A stretch of DNA of 63,877 nucleotides, filler included, from Hyphochytrium catenoides (lineage: Eukaryota; Protista; Hyphochytriomycota): NCBI GenBank assembly GCA_900088475.1. It is 6 parts of 6 records of this genome, joined end to end, with 100 filler letters (N's around TTAATTAATTAA, not from the genome) between each part and the next. Parts side by side here need not be neighbours in the genome. Positions count along the whole stretch, not along the records: positions 58,033 to 61,703 come from FLMG01003640.1; positions 61,804 to 63,877 come from FLMG01002260.1; 4 more parts are not named here. One strand, written 5' to 3'. Both the position numbers and the translations under genes were made by a program. Under the pieces are notes generated by a model. It was given only the letters and a program-made list of their open reading frames with translations, was not told where the DNA came from and searched no databases. The stretch's first letter is position 1. Each line of letters starts with the position of its first letter. Below, piece by piece: positions 61,291 to 63,877 of the stretch.

Positions 61291-61703
61291 TAGGTGTCGG
61301 TTTCTTTACCTCTCTCTACGCCTCCTTCACTGCGCCGTGCCTCGGCCTCTCTCTCTTTCTCTCTCTCTTTTTTTCTGATCTCACCTTATTATACGGAGTG
61401 ACGTGCGCCGGCGCCCTATGTCGTTGAATCTTGGTCTGCGTGTAGACACTCTCTTACTGCCGTGAACGGTACCGTCACTTGATGATTAGGTTTATCTCTC
61501 TCTTTCTCTTTACCCCCTCCCCTTTCTATTTCTGACTCCTTGTTCTGGAGTTTGAGGACTTTTGGCATCAACAATTTTTCTTTCTTTTGCTACGACGTGT
61601 ACCTTCTTCCTCCTTTCTTGCCCTCTTCTCACCTTATACTCTTCTCCTTGACCCTCTGCTCTCTTTCCCAAACTCCTCTCTGCCACGCAGAAACGTGAGG
61701 GTA

Positions 61704-61803
61704 NNNNNNNNNNNNNNNNNNNNNNNNNNNNNNNNNNNNNNNNNNNNTTAATTAATTAANNNNNNNNNNNNNNNNNNNNNNNNNNNNNNNNNNNNNNNNN
61801 NNN
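61704..61803. other. Artificial contig linker
   Basis: N spacer with TTAATTAATTAA at 61748-61759. Confidence 0.97.
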
Positions 61804-61959
61804 AAGCAGAAGGTTATTAGAGGAGAGAGCGGAGATGTTGGATAACAAGAATGGGGAGATCTGGCGACAAGGGCAGTAGCAGCAAAGAAGAGAGAAAGTG
61901 AAGCCGCCACCAGAGAGAGAAAAGACAGCAAGAGACAGGAAGATTGCTGCAGGCACAGA

Positions 61960-62822
61960 CACCCTCGCACCAGGATGTTGCTGATAATATAGCCCTTGCT
62001 CTCCTTCTTGCGTGCCGGGAACTGGGTTCATGGATGGTGAGGAGCCATCTGTCGCAAGCTGCTGGCTGCCACTGTGACCGGAAAAGAAAAGAGAGGATGA
62101 GCGAGAGCGAAAGAGAGAAAGGGAGAGAGTAGAGCGAGAGAGAGCAAAAGAAGAGAAGAGGTAGGATTTAGAGTGCTTCTAGAAGTCGCTCAGACCTAAG
62201 AATATTCGCTACAATCGAGAGAGGAACACCAGGGAACAGGCATCAGAAGAGAGAACCAAGAAAACAAAGAGAGAGGGGGAGAGAGAGAGAGCGAGAGAGC
62301 GAGCGAGAGAGAGAGAGAGAGAGTTGCACTTGATGAGACAGAAAAAGAACATAGCGTTACAGCTCCGACGTGTGAGATGAGCAGGGTCCGGAAGAAGAGA
62401 TTACCCCTGCAGAAAGAGTAAGAGAAAGAGGAGAAGGAAGGAAAGAAGGGGACAGAAGAGAAAGAGAAGACAAGGGAAGAGGACGATGATAGAGACGGCA
62501 AGAAATCATTTGGAGGACGGAAGACACTTACGACTCAGGTTGCCAGAGAGAATTCTCTCCTGCAGGGAGTTCATACTTCACGAAGGCCACGCGAGGATAA
62601 ACAGAGTGAGAAATGGAAGGAGAAAGTGAGTCTATAGCTCTTGAGAGACAGAACATAAGGAGTAGGAGAGAGAGGACGTGAGAGTGAGAGAGTGAGAGAT
62701 CTCTTGCTGTGTCGCTTAGGAGAAGGCACTCCGCTGGGGAAGACAGACCAATTGAGAGTGGTCTGGCACTGGAAGAGAGGCATATATGTATACGGAGAGA
62801 GAGAGAGAGAGAGGGGGGGGNN

Positions 62823-62865
<43 letters not shown>

Positions 62866-63130
62866 GAAAAGAGAGCGAAAGCTCCGAGAGAGAGAAAGCT
62901 AAGAACGACTTGTAACAGAAGAAGGAGGTTTTTGAAAAGTGGAGAAAGAGAGAAGGCCACAAGCAGAAGGCGAGGGAGAATCATTTTAGATAGGGAGAGA
63001 CTAGGGAAAGGCGGCGGGGTTTGGTGGTTGCTGCGACACAATCTTTCTTGAGCACCGTCTCACCTCTTGGTAGGGGTCTTCGCTGTACTCTGTCTGTGGC
63101 TCTTGAGCACCTGCTTCCTCGTACTGGAGG
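61960..63130 (-). CDS. Unidentified small exons of a partial gene
   Basis: Non-repetitive islands bounded by CAG|...|GT sit within CT-rich introns, for example YEEAGAQEPQTEYSEDPYQE (about 63062-63125) and DGSSPSMNPVPGTQEGEQGLYYQQHP (about 61970-62050). Confidence 0.3.
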
Positions 63131-63877
63131 CCAGGCTGGCGGGAGAGAGAGACAGAGGACGAGAGAGAGGCACACACCGTTAGAGGGAGAGAGAGACGTG
63201 GAGGAAGTAGACTGCCAAAGGACATGGCACTTTAGTACCGGCAAACGCAAGAGAGATGAGAGAGAGAGAGAGGAACAGAGAAAGAGGAGTCGGAGAAAGA
63301 TGAAGAGAAAGAAGGAGAGAGAAGTAGAAGAGAGAGGCGAGAGTGCGGCACAAAGAGGGCGAAGTCCTGTTCTTAGCAAGGGCAATCTTCCCCTACCGCA
63401 TAATAGGTTTGATCGATATCGACATCCTCCGGGCCTTGGGCTTTGGATGAGGCCATGTTTCTAAGGGAAGACAGGGCGAGATAGGAAGCGACAGGAGAGA
63501 GACAAGAGGGAGAGAAGATATATATATATAGAGAGAGAGAGAGAAAGAGAGAGAAAGAGAGAGAAAGAGAGAGAAAGAGAGAAGAAGGCTAACCTCCCCA
63601 GATCGCTTAGATGGATGGGTGACAGGGAGAGAGAGCACTAAACGCTAAGGTTGCCATCTATTGGTAGCACTTAAGGGTCCCGTGTAGTCTCTTTTTCTGG
63701 CTTTCTCTCTCCCCGGAAGCTTGTCTTCTCCATTGCCGCAAGGAACGAAAGGATGAAGAGATAGAAAAAACAAGAACGAACGCAAGTCGGAGAGAGAAGA
63801 GACATCGAGGAAGAGAGACGTAGGAGACGCCGAGCTTCTCTTGACGGCGATGGAAGAACGTCATGAGGAGGGAGAGT

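Noticed and set aside
1-63877. tRNA, rRNA or CRISPR arrays
   Set aside because: No cloverleaf or T-loop signature, rRNA motif or regularly spaced repeat-spacer array was seen by eye. A covariance-model scan was not run.

Overview
Eukaryotic genomic DNA with spliceosomal GT-AG introns and abundant (GA/CT)n microsatellites. A FAM227 homolog suggests a flagellated protist or alga, but the taxon cannot be fixed from sequence alone. The window is not one locus. Five artificial N-TTAATTAATTAA-N linkers join six contigs (about 1-24987, 25088-48049, 48150-52503, 52604-57932, 58033-61703, 61804-63877). Contig 1 holds two decayed Ty1/copia 3' ends with a nested solo LTR, a 4-exon Hv1-family voltage-sensor channel whose selectivity-filter Asp is Asn, a probable decayed LINE, a cluster of an unrecognised secreted 4-Cys protein family (two intact copies plus a pseudogene), and a truncated Pro-rich secreted protein. 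Contig 2 holds an orphan multi-TM protein, an orphan basic/coiled-coil protein, a Cys-rich spliced gene, a TAZ zinc-finger protein, a C365.16-like mitochondrial membrane protein, a mitochondrial beta-carbonic anhydrase with a calmodulin-like tail, and a cystatin. Contig 3 holds a cAMP-receptor-type 7TM GPCR fused to a Raf-like TKL kinase. Contig 4 holds an N-myristoylated ankyrin/EF-hand/WW protein. Contig 5 holds FAM227. Contig 6 holds unidentified exon fragments. The best candidates for new biology are the Asp-to-Asn Hv1 variant, the GPCR-kinase fusion, the secreted-protein cluster and the EF-hand-tailed beta-CA. All gene models were spliced by eye and no database searches were run.
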